A stretch of DNA of 32,000 nt, taken from Ruminococcus albus 7 = DSM 20455. GTDB taxonomy: Bacteria > Bacillota > Clostridia > Oscillospirales > Ruminococcaceae. The notes beneath the pieces are model-generated. The model had not been told where the DNA came from, ran no database searches, and worked only from the letters and a program-made list of their open reading frames with translations. Both the position numbers and the translations under genes were made by a program. The stretch spans positions 3,653,409 to 3,685,408 of the forward strand of contig NC_014833.1 in NCBI RefSeq assembly GCF_000179635.2, given 5' to 3'. This document shows, in pieces, positions 1 through 8,839 of this stretch. Positions within the stretch are counted from its first letter, which is position 1, and each line of letters starts with the position of its first letter.

Positions 1-2
1 AT

Positions 3-788
3 CAGCTTGACACCAAGTACGGCGATTCCGCAAAAACCATACGATCTAACTGTGGTAATCTGATATACATTAATTCGCTGGACAATGAAACAAATGAATA
101 CTTCTCCAAAGTACTCGGCACTAAAACGGTAGAGTATTCTACGTATAGCGGTAAGCTTAGTGAATTCGTTGAACACCAGAACCTAGTAGTAGAAGGTCAG
201 GCACTTATGACAGCCAGTGAACTATCTACTATGCCGTTCGGATCTGCTATAACTAAACGCCAGCGTATATTTCCAATCAAAACAAAATTTGAACCATTTT
301 ATAAACTGGGAATAAAAACTACTTCTCAAGACGATATTTCAAAGGATATGAATCTGATAGATTTGCCACTTTCAGTCACGATTTTTGATATGGAAATCCT
401 TTGGAAACCACTATTTAGACCTAAATTAAATGAGAAGACGGGAAAACCAATGCTGGAAAATGACGAGAATGGCTTTGCTCAGCTTGTGACGAACTGGAAC
501 GATGTACGTAAGTCATTTGAAGCACGAAAAAAAGTCAATCTTGAAAAAAATGTCCGCACTGATTTTGCTAATAACGCTGTAAATGAAAGTGTTGCTCTCA
601 ATTCAAGGCTGCAAGTCATCATTAAAAAGCTGGACGAATTGTCCAGCGGACAGTTCACTAATGAATATAAAAACAATAATCTGAGCGAAGTCGAGAAAAT
701 AATAAAAATGGCTATCGGGCGCGGCAATCTGGATATGACAGAACGTGAAGAAATACGCAAGTACATCGAGAATTCTCATAATGTGTAA
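3..788 (+). CDS. Type IV secretion coupling protein (VirD4/TraG family), C-terminal part; 5' end outside the window
   Basis: Frame 3 is open from base 3 and continues into the listed ORF 207..788. The translated start QLDTKYGDSAKTIRSNCGNLIYINSLDNETNEYFSKVLGTKTVEY fits, from memory, the conserved C-terminal block of Gram-positive TraG/VirD4 proteins (QL..YG....I..NC....Y......T.EY.SK.LG..T). Confidence 0.65.
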   Translation, partial: QLDTKYGDSAKTIRSNCGNLIYINSLDNETNEYFSKVLGTKTVEYSTYSGKLSEFVEHQNLVVEGQALMTASELSTMPFGSAITKRQRIFPIKTKFEPFYKLGIKTTSQDDISKDMNLIDLPLSVTIFDMEILWKPLFRPKLNEKTGKPMLENDENGFAQLVTNWNDVRKSFEARKKVNLEKNVRTDFANNAVNESVALNSRLQVIIKKLDELSSGQFTNEYKNNNLSEVEKIIKMAIGRGNLDMTEREEIRKYIENSHNV

Positions 789-826
789 TCAATTAATGAA
801 TTATCTAACTTTTCTTGTAAAAGAGG

Positions 827-855
827 TTGACAAACACTCCTGTTTCGGATATACT
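827..855 (+). promoter_or_regulatory. Sigma-A type promoter for the first RHH gene
   Basis: TTGACA (827-832), 17 nt spacer, TATACT (850-855). The RBS AAGAGGTG precedes the ATG at 878. Confidence 0.55.
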
Positions 856-877
856 ATAATTATAAAGAGGTGACACA

Positions 878-1063
878 ATGGCTGTTTCAGAAGCTCATCA
901 GAAAGCCAATATCAAATGGGGCAAAGAGAACTTAACTAATCTAGCAGTCAGACTTCGCAAAGAAAAGGCTGCTAAGTTTAAAGAACTTGCGTACAAAAAC
1001 AATACAACACCAAACGCTCTATTCAAAGAATTCGTAGATAAATATATTGAGGACAACTCTTGA
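878..1063 (+). CDS. Small ribbon-helix-helix (Arc/CopG-like) DNA-binding protein, 61 aa
   Basis: Good RBS. The predicted beta-strand (LTNLAVRLRKE) followed by two helices is typical of RHH proteins. Roughly half of positions are identical to the next gene by eye. Confidence 0.7.
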   Translation: MAVSEAHQKANIKWGKENLTNLAVRLRKEKAAKFKELAYKNNTTPNALFKEFVDKYIEDNS

Positions 1064-1092
1064 CATACACAACCGATTATGGAGGTGATAGA

Positions 1093-1287
1093 ATGGCATT
1101 GACAGAAGCTCAAAAAAAAGCAAATGCAAAATGGAATAAAGCAAATATGAAACAGATTGCAGTAAATGTACGAAAAGAAAAAGCGGAGATGTTTCAGGAA
1201 CTTGCAAGACAAAACGGTACCAATCCCTCTGCGATCTTTCGGGAAGTTATCGATAAATACATAGAAGAACATAATAATAATACTTGA
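1093..1287 (+). CDS. Small RHH protein, tandem paralog of 878..1063 (64 aa)
   Basis: ATG at 1093 lies behind the RBS GGAGGTG (1081-1087). The listed ORF start at 1060 is the TTG of a TTGACA motif. The sequence MALTEAQKKANAKWNKANMKQIAVNVRKEKAEMFQELARQNGTNPSAIFREVIDKYIE aligns along its whole length with the preceding protein. Confidence 0.7.
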   Translation: MALTEAQKKANAKWNKANMKQIAVNVRKEKAEMFQELARQNGTNPSAIFREVIDKYIEEHNNNT

Positions 1288-1312
1288 CATACACTATGGA
1301 ATAGTGTATAAT
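1284..1312 (+). promoter_or_regulatory. Consensus promoter with an inverted-repeat operator in the spacer
   Basis: TTGACA (1284-1289, containing the TGA stop of the RHH gene), 17 nt spacer, TATAAT (1307-1312). The spacer holds the inverted repeat TACACTAT (1290-1297) / ATAGTGTA (1301-1308). Confidence 0.55.
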
Positions 1313-1314
1313 AT

Positions 1315-1346
1315 AAAGCAGACAGATCTTAACTGTCTGCTTTTTT
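1315..1346 (+). terminator. Rho-independent terminator
   Basis: Stem GCAGACAG (1318-1325), loop ATCTTAA, stem CTGTCTGC (1333-1340), followed by TTTTTT (1341-1346). Confidence 0.75.
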
Positions 1347-1369
1347 ATTTTATTAGATCGAGGTGTAAA

Positions 1370-2116
1370 ATGAAAATTCCAAATAAACTGCTGGAGCTGT
1401 CCCGTAACGAACTAATGGTAGCCTGCCGCCTGTACAGCATCGTTAACCGTCACACCAAGCTGACAACCAACGGATATGCAGTCTGCATCAAGCAGGAAAC
1501 GATAGCAGCAAGCTGTGGACTGTCTGTTGCAACCGTTAAGCGTGTTTTAAAGGCTTTGTCTGAAAAGGGTATCATTACTCACCAATATCGTCAGACACGT
1601 GCTAACGGCTGTCTGGGTGCGACTCACTACGATCTGCAAGCCTTTTCTTTCCTCTCGGATTATTTTTATATGCCTAACGATGTTTTTAAGCTGGGTCTGT
1701 CGCAGAAGATGTTCTATGCGTATGCGCTTTTCTGTAAGTTGGCTGACAGCAATAAAAGGTCCTTCTTCCATAGCTATAATGACCTTGCCGAGATGATGCA
1801 GCTTAAACGCAGTGAAGTCATAGAGCTTGTTGGTGCGTTGATAAAAACAAGGCTCATATTCCGAACTAGGCGCAGAACAAAGGCAGGCGATCACACAGAT
1901 AATTTGTACTTCATTGTATTGAGGGTCAAGGGGCGAATAAAGAAAAAAAGGGCAAAAGAAATGAGAGCCCCTCGGACAAGGCTCTCACATCAATCACGAT
2001 ATAGTCAAGAACTTGCAATACTCGACTTCAACATGATAATATCACATAAAAATGATTTTGTCAAGGCTTTTGGAAAAAAATGCTGCAATTATTTTTACGA
2101 TGAGGGTGGGGGCTGA
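1370..2116 (+). CDS. Winged-HTH protein with a RepA_N-like repeat; putative replication initiator or DNA-binding protein of the element
   Basis: Start moved to the ATG at 1370 (RBS GAGGTG), because the listed 1304 start would include the terminator. Two HTH-like segments are present. The second half, YFYMPNDVFKLGLSQKMFYAYALFCKL...SYNDLAEMMQLKRSEVIELVGALIKTRLI, fits the RepA_N pattern from memory. Confidence 0.55.
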   Translation: MKIPNKLLELSRNELMVACRLYSIVNRHTKLTTNGYAVCIKQETIAASCGLSVATVKRVLKALSEKGIITHQYRQTRANGCLGATHYDLQAFSFLSDYFYMPNDVFKLGLSQKMFYAYALFCKLADSNKRSFFHSYNDLAEMMQLKRSEVIELVGALIKTRLIFRTRRRTKAGDHTDNLYFIVLRVKGRIKKKRAKEMRAPRTRLSHQSRYSQELAILDFNMIISHKNDFVKAFGKKCCNYFYDEGGG

Positions 2117-2248
2117 TTTGAGCTGTCATTATCAGTACCCACTTTTGTATTATCCTAGAGAAAGAAAAAATATATTTAGTTTATAAAACTATGTATATTA
2201 TCGTAGAATATAAAGCAGCGTATTATTGTGAGGAAAAGGTGTGTTACT

Positions 2249-2758
2249 ATGAAGAAAATAACAGCTCGTGATTATCTGAGAATAATACGTGAGAACTACG
2301 GAACTATTCATTACTGCGCAGAAACCTGTGGATTCAAGTCAAGTGACTTCGGGAATATTGAAGCCGGGGTTGAGAACGATATCCGCGTGATAGCGAACAC
2401 GTTCTTTCTTTTCTCCCGGAGATTTGGATTGAACTACTATGAGCTCATGATGATGGAAGCTAAGTTTCAGCTAGGTGATGAACCACCCAAAACTAAACCT
2501 AAAGCAAATGTTTCATTTGCAGAACTGCTAAAGAAAACACGAACGCAGGCGGGTATATCACAAGCAAAGCTTGCGGATACTATCTGCTGCACTAAGTTCA
2601 CTGTATACACATGGGAATGTGGTGACAACATACCTGATCTAGAGATGCTCGAGCGTATCTGTTATGCATTGAAAGTTCCAGCCGATTTTTTCGATGCAGT
2701 ATACAAGGCTGAACGATTTCAGCCGAGAACACCAAGAGAAAGGAAAAAGAAAGAATGA
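2249..2758 (+). CDS. XRE-family HTH transcriptional regulator (two HTH-like segments)
   Basis: ATG at 2249 after the RBS GAGGAAAAGG. The C-terminal half, FAELLKKTRTQAGISQAKLADTICCTKFTVYTWECGDNIPDLEMLERICYALKV, is a classical XRE/Cro HTH. The stop overlaps the topB start (ATGA). Confidence 0.8.
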   Translation: MKKITARDYLRIIRENYGTIHYCAETCGFKSSDFGNIEAGVENDIRVIANTFFLFSRRFGLNYYELMMMEAKFQLGDEPPKTKPKANVSFAELLKKTRTQAGISQAKLADTICCTKFTVYTWECGDNIPDLEMLERICYALKVPADFFDAVYKAERFQPRTPRERKKKE

Positions 2759-4935
2759 AAAAGCTTATAATATGCGAAAAACCGAGTTTAGCTAAGAATG
2801 TCCGTGATGCGATAGCACATCGTGAGAATGTTCAGCGTGTAGGCAACAAAGATTTGTATTATTACGAAAGCAGCAGCTACGTGATAACGTTTTGTTTCGG
2901 GCATCTGCTTACGCTCGGAGAACCTGAAAAATATATAGCCGAAGGTGAAACTGCGGTTCTTCCGATAATTCCTGCGAATTTCAGACTGTTCCCGAATGAT
3001 AAGGACTGTGCAAGGCAGTACTCGCTTATCAAGAAACTGATGGATATGCCTGAGATCGACGGTATCATACACTGTGGAGATGCGGACCGTGAGGGTGAGA
3101 TCATCGTGCGTAACGTCCTGCGTGTCGCTAGGAACACAAAGCCTGTGTATCGTCTGTGGCTGCCGGAACAGACCGAAAGCACGATACTGAAAGCCCTTAG
3201 CTCACTGGAAAATGACAGTAAATACGATGATCTGGCTAACGCGGGCTATGCGAGAACTTTCGTTGATTGGCTGTTCGGATATAATCTTTCCCGTTATCTG
3301 ATGCAAAAAGCTAATGTCCGTAAAGGCTGGGGTGTTGGTCGAGTAATTATCCCGATAGTCGATACCGTATACCAGCGCGAACTGGAAATACGTAACTTCG
3401 TTTCGACACCGTATTTTCAGCTTCATGGTGAAACGGAAAAGGACGGTATAAAAGTAACTATCACCGATAAGGAAAAATTCGATACTCAGGAACAGGCACA
3501 GCTGCGGCTTACAGAACTGTCATCGGGTGTATACAGGGTCGGCAGCATCGATACGAAAAAAGCTGTTGTTACTCCACCGAAGATGTTTTCTCTCGATACG
3601 CTGCAAGGTAAGCTATCAAAGGACCTGGGCATGACACTCGACAAGTCGATGCCCATTATCCAGTCGTTATACGACAAGAAATTTATTACATATCCCCGCG
3701 CTGATACTGAGTATTTCGCAGAAGAAGAAAAAGCAGATGTATTCGCTGTTGCTGACAAGATGAATGCTGTATACTCCCTCGATCTTGAACACAAGGTCAG
3801 CAAAAAGATCTTTGACAGCAGCAAGGTGGAAAGTCACTCCGCTATCAGACCTACGCTTAACTTTCCGACAAATGAAAGCGGTCTGTCCGATGATGAACAG
3901 AAGGTCTATAACACGATAGTCAAGCGTTTCTGCGCGGTATTTGCTCCGCCTTGTACGGTCAACAGGACCGTGATAGTTTTCACCGATGGCACTCATGAAT
4001 TCAAGATAAAGGGTGATACTCCCCTTACTCCGGGTTTCCGTCGATATGAACCGCCTAAGAAAACCAATGATAATGATGAGGATAACAAAATGCTCCCTTC
4101 TTTTTCTCCCGGAGAACTTGTATCATTCTCTTGGGTCATCGACAATAAGATGACAAAGGCTCCTCCGCGTTATACCATTGATTCCCTTAATGCGTACCTT
4201 AAAGCGCCTTTTGCTAAATCATCATCTGCCCAGGATAACGATGACTCCCCTGCCGATGACAGCGAACTGTATGAAGCTGTAAAAAAGGGCATGGAGATTG
4301 GCACTGTAGCAACAAGAACGGGACTTATAACCAAATGCGTAAAGACCTACAAATACCTCGATATAAAACAGGGAAAGTATTACTGCACCGAAAAAGGTGA
4401 AGCTTTCATTGGATATCTTCATCAGCTGAATATAGACCTTTTCACCGAAAGAAACATCGAATTCAACATGATGATAAAATCGGTCGAACTTGGAAAAGAA
4501 ACAATGCAGCACTCAATAGATAAAACAGCCGATGAACTTCGAAGGATAATCGCACAGGACGTTACTGTTTGTTCCGCACAGAAATTTACAGACAGCAACA
4601 GTTTAGGAAAATGTCCTTTCTGCGGCAGTGATGTACTTGACGGTACTAAAAACTTCTATTGCTCGGCTTACAAAAGCGGGTGCAAATTCGTCATATTCAA
4701 AAATACATACTGTCACTTCTCGTTTGTTAAGGATGGCAAGGAAATAAATTACACAAAGCCCATGTCCCTGACCAAATCCAACTGCAAGGCTCTTCTAAGC
4801 AGCGGCAGCACCACGGTCAGCATCGAGGAGAAGAACGGCAAGGGCAAGTACAAGATCGGCGTTACTTTCAAGCCTGATAATAAGCATGAGTTTGTCGGTA
4901 TAGAGCGTATCCGTGAGAAAAAGAAAGAGGGTTGA
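2755..4935 (+). CDS. topB: DNA topoisomerase III (type IA), mobile-element encoded
   Basis: Toprim start MKKLIICEKPS, acidic motif GDADREGE, catalytic-tyrosine region ITYPRADTEY, and a C-terminal Cys-rich zinc-ribbon region (CPFCGS...YCSAYKSGC). 726 aa. Confidence 0.92.
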   Translation: MKKLIICEKPSLAKNVRDAIAHRENVQRVGNKDLYYYESSSYVITFCFGHLLTLGEPEKYIAEGETAVLPIIPANFRLFPNDKDCARQYSLIKKLMDMPEIDGIIHCGDADREGEIIVRNVLRVARNTKPVYRLWLPEQTESTILKALSSLENDSKYDDLANAGYARTFVDWLFGYNLSRYLMQKANVRKGWGVGRVIIPIVDTVYQRELEIRNFVSTPYFQLHGETEKDGIKVTITDKEKFDTQEQAQLRLTELSSGVYRVGSIDTKKAVVTPPKMFSLDTLQGKLSKDLGMTLDKSMPIIQSLYDKKFITYPRADTEYFAEEEKADVFAVADKMNAVYSLDLEHKVSKKIFDSSKVESHSAIRPTLNFPTNESGLSDDEQKVYNTIVKRFCAVFAPPCTVNRTVIVFTDGTHEFKIKGDTPLTPGFRRYEPPKKTNDNDEDNKMLPSFSPGELVSFSWVIDNKMTKAPPRYTIDSLNAYLKAPFAKSSSAQDNDDSPADDSELYEAVKKGMEIGTVATRTGLITKCVKTYKYLDIKQGKYYCTEKGEAFIGYLHQLNIDLFTERNIEFNMMIKSVELGKETMQHSIDKTADELRRIIAQDVTVCSAQKFTDSNSLGKCPFCGSDVLDGTKNFYCSAYKSGCKFVIFKNTYCHFSFVKDGKEINYTKPMSLTKSNCKALLSSGSTTVSIEEKNGKGKYKIGVTFKPDNKHEFVGIERIREKKKEG

Positions 4936-4952
4936 TGTTTTAGATTAAGCGA

Positions 4953-4976
4953 TGTCTATCCCGTAAGCGTATAACC
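4953..4976. repeat. Degenerate half-copy of the cargo palindrome plus a 14-bp arm, inverted relative to 5888-5919
   Basis: TGTCTAT (4953-4959), then CCC, then GTAAGCGTATAACC (4963-4976). The 14-mer is the exact reverse complement of GGTTATACGCTTAC at 5888-5901. Confidence 0.6.
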
Positions 4977-5173
4977 CTCCGCACCTACCCCATCGAAGTC
5001 TAATGAAGTATAATGAACTCCAAGGAACATCATGAAGTAAATTGGACAATCCAAATTGGTCCATGGAGTTAATTGGAGTATATTAGACAGACAGGTGTTT
5101 TGCTATTTACCCTGCATTTATATCAGCATCTTAAGAAAGATTGCGAAAAATCCGTATTTTCGCAAACAGGCTA

Positions 5174-5202
5174 TTGACATCGCACACTTTTTATGCTATG
5201 AT
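5174..5202 (+). promoter_or_regulatory. Promoter for 5265..5765
   Basis: TTGACA (5174-5179), 17 nt spacer ending in TGC (extended -10), TATGAT (5197-5202). Confidence 0.55.
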
Positions 5203-5264
5203 AACCAAAGGTCAAGGAATGAGCCTTGTCCAAAACTTAAAACCTTGAAAGGACGGTTTTTATT

Positions 5265-5765
5265 ATGAATACAATGACAGCAAACTATTTGTACAACCTT
5301 ATTTTTAACAACACAAAGTATGAGGGTGACGCTCACTTCCTCGGCAACAAGGCTTTTATTTCAAAAAATAATAAACTTGTGCAGATCGAGTTCTTAAAGG
5401 GCAACAAGATAGGAAACTTTAAGGAAGGTCTGAGAGATATTACTATCAAAATCAAACTCAAATCCATGTCAGCAAATGGCGAGGAAATCGAAACCTGCAT
5501 GAGTTTTTATGATGAAACAAATAAACTGTTTCTTGCTGATTTTAACGGTTTTGATGGCGTTGATCCGACAAAGGCTTATGATTGCATAGATGAAACTTTC
5601 TGTTTTGTAGGTGATATAAGCATGATTGCTAAATATGAGGACTTCCTCACAAATCTGCTTAATCCCAATGAAGTTAAGCCACTAAGGGCTAGGTCTGCCC
5701 TCCGCTTTTTCTTGCGTTGCATGGGCAAAAACATATCGTCTTTCCTAGACTTTATATTCGAGTGA
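5265..5765 (+). CDS. Hypothetical protein, 166 aa
   Basis: Clean ORF with its own promoter. No motif recognised. Confidence 0.65.
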   Translation: MNTMTANYLYNLIFNNTKYEGDAHFLGNKAFISKNNKLVQIEFLKGNKIGNFKEGLRDITIKIKLKSMSANGEEIETCMSFYDETNKLFLADFNGFDGVDPTKAYDCIDETFCFVGDISMIAKYEDFLTNLLNPNEVKPLRARSALRFFLRCMGKNISSFLDFIFE

Positions 5766-5903
5766 AAACATAGTAGAATAAATTGTAAACACGTTCATTT
5801 GAAGCAAAATGAGCGTGTTTTGTTTTACATAACCGCCTTTCGAGTGAAGCAGAGAGGACGAATTTATCAAAGGGAGGTAAAGTAACCGGTTATACGCTTA
5901 CAG

Positions 5904-5919
5904 TGTGTCTATAGACACA
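5904..5919. repeat. Palindrome copy A (16-bp core only)
   Basis: TGTGTCTATAGACACA is a perfect palindrome. Flanks are ACAG / GTTC, so there is no arm extension. Confidence 0.95.
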
Positions 5920-5929
5920 GTTCAGCAAC

Positions 5930-5975
5930 CAAAAAGCGTCCGGCACTCACCAAAAGGTGGTGTCAGACGCTTTGT
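5930..5975. terminator. Bidirectional intrinsic terminator, mainly serving the minus-strand genes 7691<-6031
   Basis: Long imperfect hairpin at 5935-5971 (AGCGTC...GACGCT outer stem, CACC-AAAA-GGTG tip), flanked by an A-run on the left and a T-run on the right. Confidence 0.65.
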
Positions 5976-6030
5976 ATTCTTATTAGCTTATTGGTTGAGG
6001 TATAATAGTCTGTGCAATTTAACCTCATAC

Positions 6031-6246
6031 TCACTGAGGATTATTAGGGTTGTTATTCTTGTTTTTGCCTTTGCCTATATTTCTTAGAATGATACCAATC
6101 AACATAAGTAAAAGTACTCCACAAATGATGAATACGCCTATAATTCCTTCAGTTATGAGTTTCGAATTTGGAAAATAGAGGTCTGCAATCACTACCAAAA
6201 ACGCTACTATTCCCAACGCCAAAATAAAATCTCCAAACTTCTTCAT
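6031..6246 (-). CDS. Small membrane protein, two predicted TM helices, 71 aa
   Basis: Hydrophobic stretches FILALGIVAFLVVIADL and IIGVFIICGVLLLMLIGIIL with a Lys/Asn-rich tail. RBS GGAGG upstream. Confidence 0.7.
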   Translation of the reverse strand: MKKFGDFILALGIVAFLVVIADLYFPNSKLITEGIIGVFIICGVLLLMLIGIILRNIGKGKNKNNNPNNPQ

Positions 6247-6275
6247 AAAATAACCTCCTAATTAATATCATTGTT

Positions 6276-7691
6276 TTACGGTATATTATCGCTCATTGGG
6301 TCAGGTATAAGTTGAGGTATATCATCGCTCTTCGTTGTTTTTACGCTTTTGGCAAATTCATAAAACCAACTATCTGCGCTTTCAAGTTCTTCATCGGATA
6401 TGCTTTCTTTGCCATCGCATGGTGCAACAGCAAACGAGAACATAGTATCCACAAAGTTTTCATCCATGCAATGCACGTCTATTAATGAATAACTTCCTCT
6501 CTTGCTCTCATTCTTATAGTCATGCATGGTGTTATCTCTTAATATAATAACTGCTCTGTTTCCATCTTTTTTGATAGTATATGTAAACAGTTTAGAATCT
6601 ATATGTCCAAAAAGACTTAAATCTCTTATTTCTTTTTCACAAAGATTTTTAAGATTATCATCTGTGTATTCCGTAAGGTCAAGCTCCTTTGCACTACCAC
6701 CGAGTTTGTGTATCGCATATCTCTGATCGTTCACTTCATATACGTAAGCACATTTCTCGTAGTTCATATATGCGGGAAGTTCATAGTTTATATCGAAACT
6801 GTAATCACTCATTTGATCCCAAGAGCAACTCGAGAAGCTTTTTATTTCCTCTGGTTTCGGAATATCTTCAAATGAACCGATATAATGTTTTGCCGAATTT
6901 AAATATTCGCTGTTAATCCAAATGTTCGATACAGTTTTAGTTTTAAGGTCTATTTTTACTTCATAATAATACCCGGTTCTGCTGTAAACACCCTCTTCTA
7001 ATTCTTTTTGGTATGATGTGATGCTGGAATCAAGAATATCATTATTTCCTTTTGGTTCAATATAAGCATCCGTCACCATATCCTTTATGTAAAAAAGAGT
7101 ATCCACATCTTCTAAATCGGGTTCGCCCCAAAGCTTGCGGACATCCTCTATCGGCATACCTACCTTTACTCCTTTTGGAAATACCACATCATTAATGTCT
7201 GATAATGAAATAACATTACAATCCGATAATAACTGCTTTTCATCTTTTGTTTTAGTGAAGAAAAAGCTTGTTTTAACATCATCGATAATAACATCATAAA
7301 TACTCGATTCTGCAATGACCGTCGATGGATCATCACCTTGGGTTATTCCATCATTCGCATCATCAGCAAGTTCTACACCGTCCATGTCAAACAGTTCCTT
7401 AGCCGTCATGGGCAATTTTATAACCTTTTCACCCACCTGAAACACATCAGTATACATATCCGCATTCAGTACTTCATCAGCTATCTTTGTTTCAGAATCG
7501 CTTTCATTCTCCGCGGCACTGTCATTATTTTGATTTTCTTCATTTCCACTTTTTTCGACTTCTGTTTTATCATTAGAAATTTTACTGGACTGTGTAACGA
7601 TTTTACTTTCGTTATCTGCATTTCCGCAGCCTGTGATACAGCCACAGATGCATACAGCCGTTATGAGTGATATTAATGCTTTTGTTTTCAT
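6276..7691 (-). CDS. Lipoprotein of unknown function (471 aa)
   Basis: Start moved to the ATG at 7691 (RBS AAGGAG). The N-terminus MKTKALISLITAVCICGCITGCGN is a signal peptide with a lipobox Cys. Confidence 0.8.
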   Translation of the reverse strand: MKTKALISLITAVCICGCITGCGNADNESKIVTQSSKISNDKTEVEKSGNEENQNNDSAAENESDSETKIADEVLNADMYTDVFQVGEKVIKLPMTAKELFDMDGVELADDANDGITQGDDPSTVIAESSIYDVIIDDVKTSFFFTKTKDEKQLLSDCNVISLSDINDVVFPKGVKVGMPIEDVRKLWGEPDLEDVDTLFYIKDMVTDAYIEPKGNNDILDSSITSYQKELEEGVYSRTGYYYEVKIDLKTKTVSNIWINSEYLNSAKHYIGSFEDIPKPEEIKSFSSCSWDQMSDYSFDINYELPAYMNYEKCAYVYEVNDQRYAIHKLGGSAKELDLTEYTDDNLKNLCEKEIRDLSLFGHIDSKLFTYTIKKDGNRAVIILRDNTMHDYKNESKRGSYSLIDVHCMDENFVDTMFSFAVAPCDGKESISDEELESADSWFYEFAKSVKTTKSDDIPQLIPDPMSDNIP

Positions 7692-7919
7692 AAAAATACT
7701 CCTTAGAATATGATTTTGTAACATAAATATTATACCTGAATTAAGAAAAGATGTCAATAGATTTGTTAGGTGTCCTTAAATAAAACGTAAGATAATATAA
7801 TTTTAGCTGTACAATATAACTCCCTAATAGACATTGACTTTTTTACTAAGCTATGATATATTATTAGTTATAAACAAACTGTCTATGAAAGTATATGATT
7901 TCAAATGGAGGTGCTAGTC

Positions 7920-8336
7920 ATGAATAATAAACTAATTAACAATGAAACTGAAAAATTTGGTCTAAAAGTGGGTGCTGTTTCATTACTTATCAACACTGGC
8001 ATAGCTTATTTGTATATGTCTCGTTTTCAAGGTTTTGATACTGGCATACAGATATTATTAGCTTTTCTGATAACGATTCTTATGCCGATTGTTTTTCTCG
8101 TATGCGTTCAACATAAATTCAATATTAGTTTAATAATACTAGCAATATCATCTATATGGTATGCAGGCTTCATTACTGGCTTTGGCGTACATCTATTCAA
8201 ATATAAGGAAATAACACTATTACGTACTATTGCTTTTTTAATAATAGGGATAATGGAATATGGTTTTCATATGTATATCTGGTTTTTCCTTGATCAGATA
8301 ATAATTAAATATAAGCACATAATGCGCCGAAAATAA
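7920..8336 (+). CDS. Integral membrane protein, about 4 TM helices, 138 aa
   Basis: ATG at 7920 after the RBS GGAGGTG. The ORF is highly hydrophobic. Promoter TTGACT-17-TATATT upstream. Confidence 0.7.
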   Translation: MNNKLINNETEKFGLKVGAVSLLINTGIAYLYMSRFQGFDTGIQILLAFLITILMPIVFLVCVQHKFNISLIILAISSIWYAGFITGFGVHLFKYKEITLLRTIAFLIIGIMEYGFHMYIWFFLDQIIIKYKHIMRRK

Positions 8337-8352
8337 TCTTTAAAAAGTATAC

Positions 8353-8368
8353 TGTGTCTATAGACACA
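8353..8368. repeat. Palindrome copy B (16-bp core; only the right flank is consensus-like, CTTT)
   Basis: TGTGTCTATAGACACA with flanks ATAC / CTTTTC. Confidence 0.95.
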
Positions 8369-8377
8369 CTTTTCAAG

Positions 8378-8420
8378 AGACACCCATTCAAGCTAATGAA
8401 GCCTGAATGGGTGTCTTTTA
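8378..8420. terminator. Intrinsic terminator hairpin between convergent genes
   Basis: AGACACCCATTCA (8378-8390), 13-nt loop, TGAATGGGTGTCT (8404-8416), then TTTTATT. Confidence 0.7.
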
Positions 8421-8425
8421 TTGAT

Positions 8426-8614
8426 TTACAGCGTTTTCCCATAATATTTGATTGTCTTTATGATAGGATCTCCACAATTATTGACTTTGCCAAGCTTAAT
8501 CAATTCTTCATGTACCACCTGTTCCGCCTGCTCTTTGGATTCAGCACTTACCGCAACACACTTTGGTATACTCTTGAAATTCGACCACCGGAAATACACG
8601 TTGTAAATATTCAT
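8426..8614 (-). CDS. Small hypothetical protein, 62 aa (last gene of a four-gene operon)
   Basis: RBS AGGTAGGTGA upstream. Tightly packed behind the upstream genes. Confidence 0.6.
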   Translation of the reverse strand: MNIYNVYFRWSNFKSIPKCVAVSAESKEQAEQVVHEELIKLGKVNNCGDPIIKTIKYYGKTL

Positions 8615-8626
8615 TCTATCACCTAC

Positions 8627-8839
8627 CTAAAAAACACATTCCTTAACACCGTATATAAACACATTGCCGTACTCACGATATGCTATGCCTTTTGAAATCA
8701 ACAATTCAGAAAACTCTTTAAGTTGCTTATCAGTCATAGCAAATGTGACATTATATAAATCATTTTTCATTGGCTTCAAATCGCAGGGAGGACTATTCTT
8801 GATATTATTAATAAGCACTATAAACCTTTCATTAGTCAT
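8627..8839 (-). CDS. Small hypothetical protein, 70 aa
   Basis: The ATG at 8839 overlaps the TGA of the upstream gene (TGATG coupling). RBS GGGGGTGA. The listed start at 8842 is a TTG. Confidence 0.6.
   Translation of the reverse strand: MTNERFIVLINNIKNSPPCDLKPMKNDLYNVTFAMTDKQLKEFSELLISKGIAYREYGNVFIYGVKECVF

Noticed and set aside
1060-1070. The second TTGACATACAC copy read as a promoter for the second RHH gene
   Set aside because: No acceptable -10 hexamer lies 16-18 nt downstream. The second RHH gene is probably co-transcribed from the promoter at 827.
1304-1369. N-terminal extensions in the ORF track (for example 1304 for the rep-like gene, 7757 for the lipoprotein, 14210 for the RM enzyme, 14286, 17180 for the integrase, 2228, 7905, 9248)
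   Set aside because: The extensions lack an RBS, and in several cases they include terminators, promoters or operators. Internal ATG/GTG codons with strong Shine-Dalgarno sequences give sensible N-termini, such as a lipoprotein signal peptide.
5056-5268. ORF 5056..5268 (+), 70 aa
   Set aside because: It contains the TTGACA-17-TATGAT promoter and leader of the 5265 gene and has no RBS.
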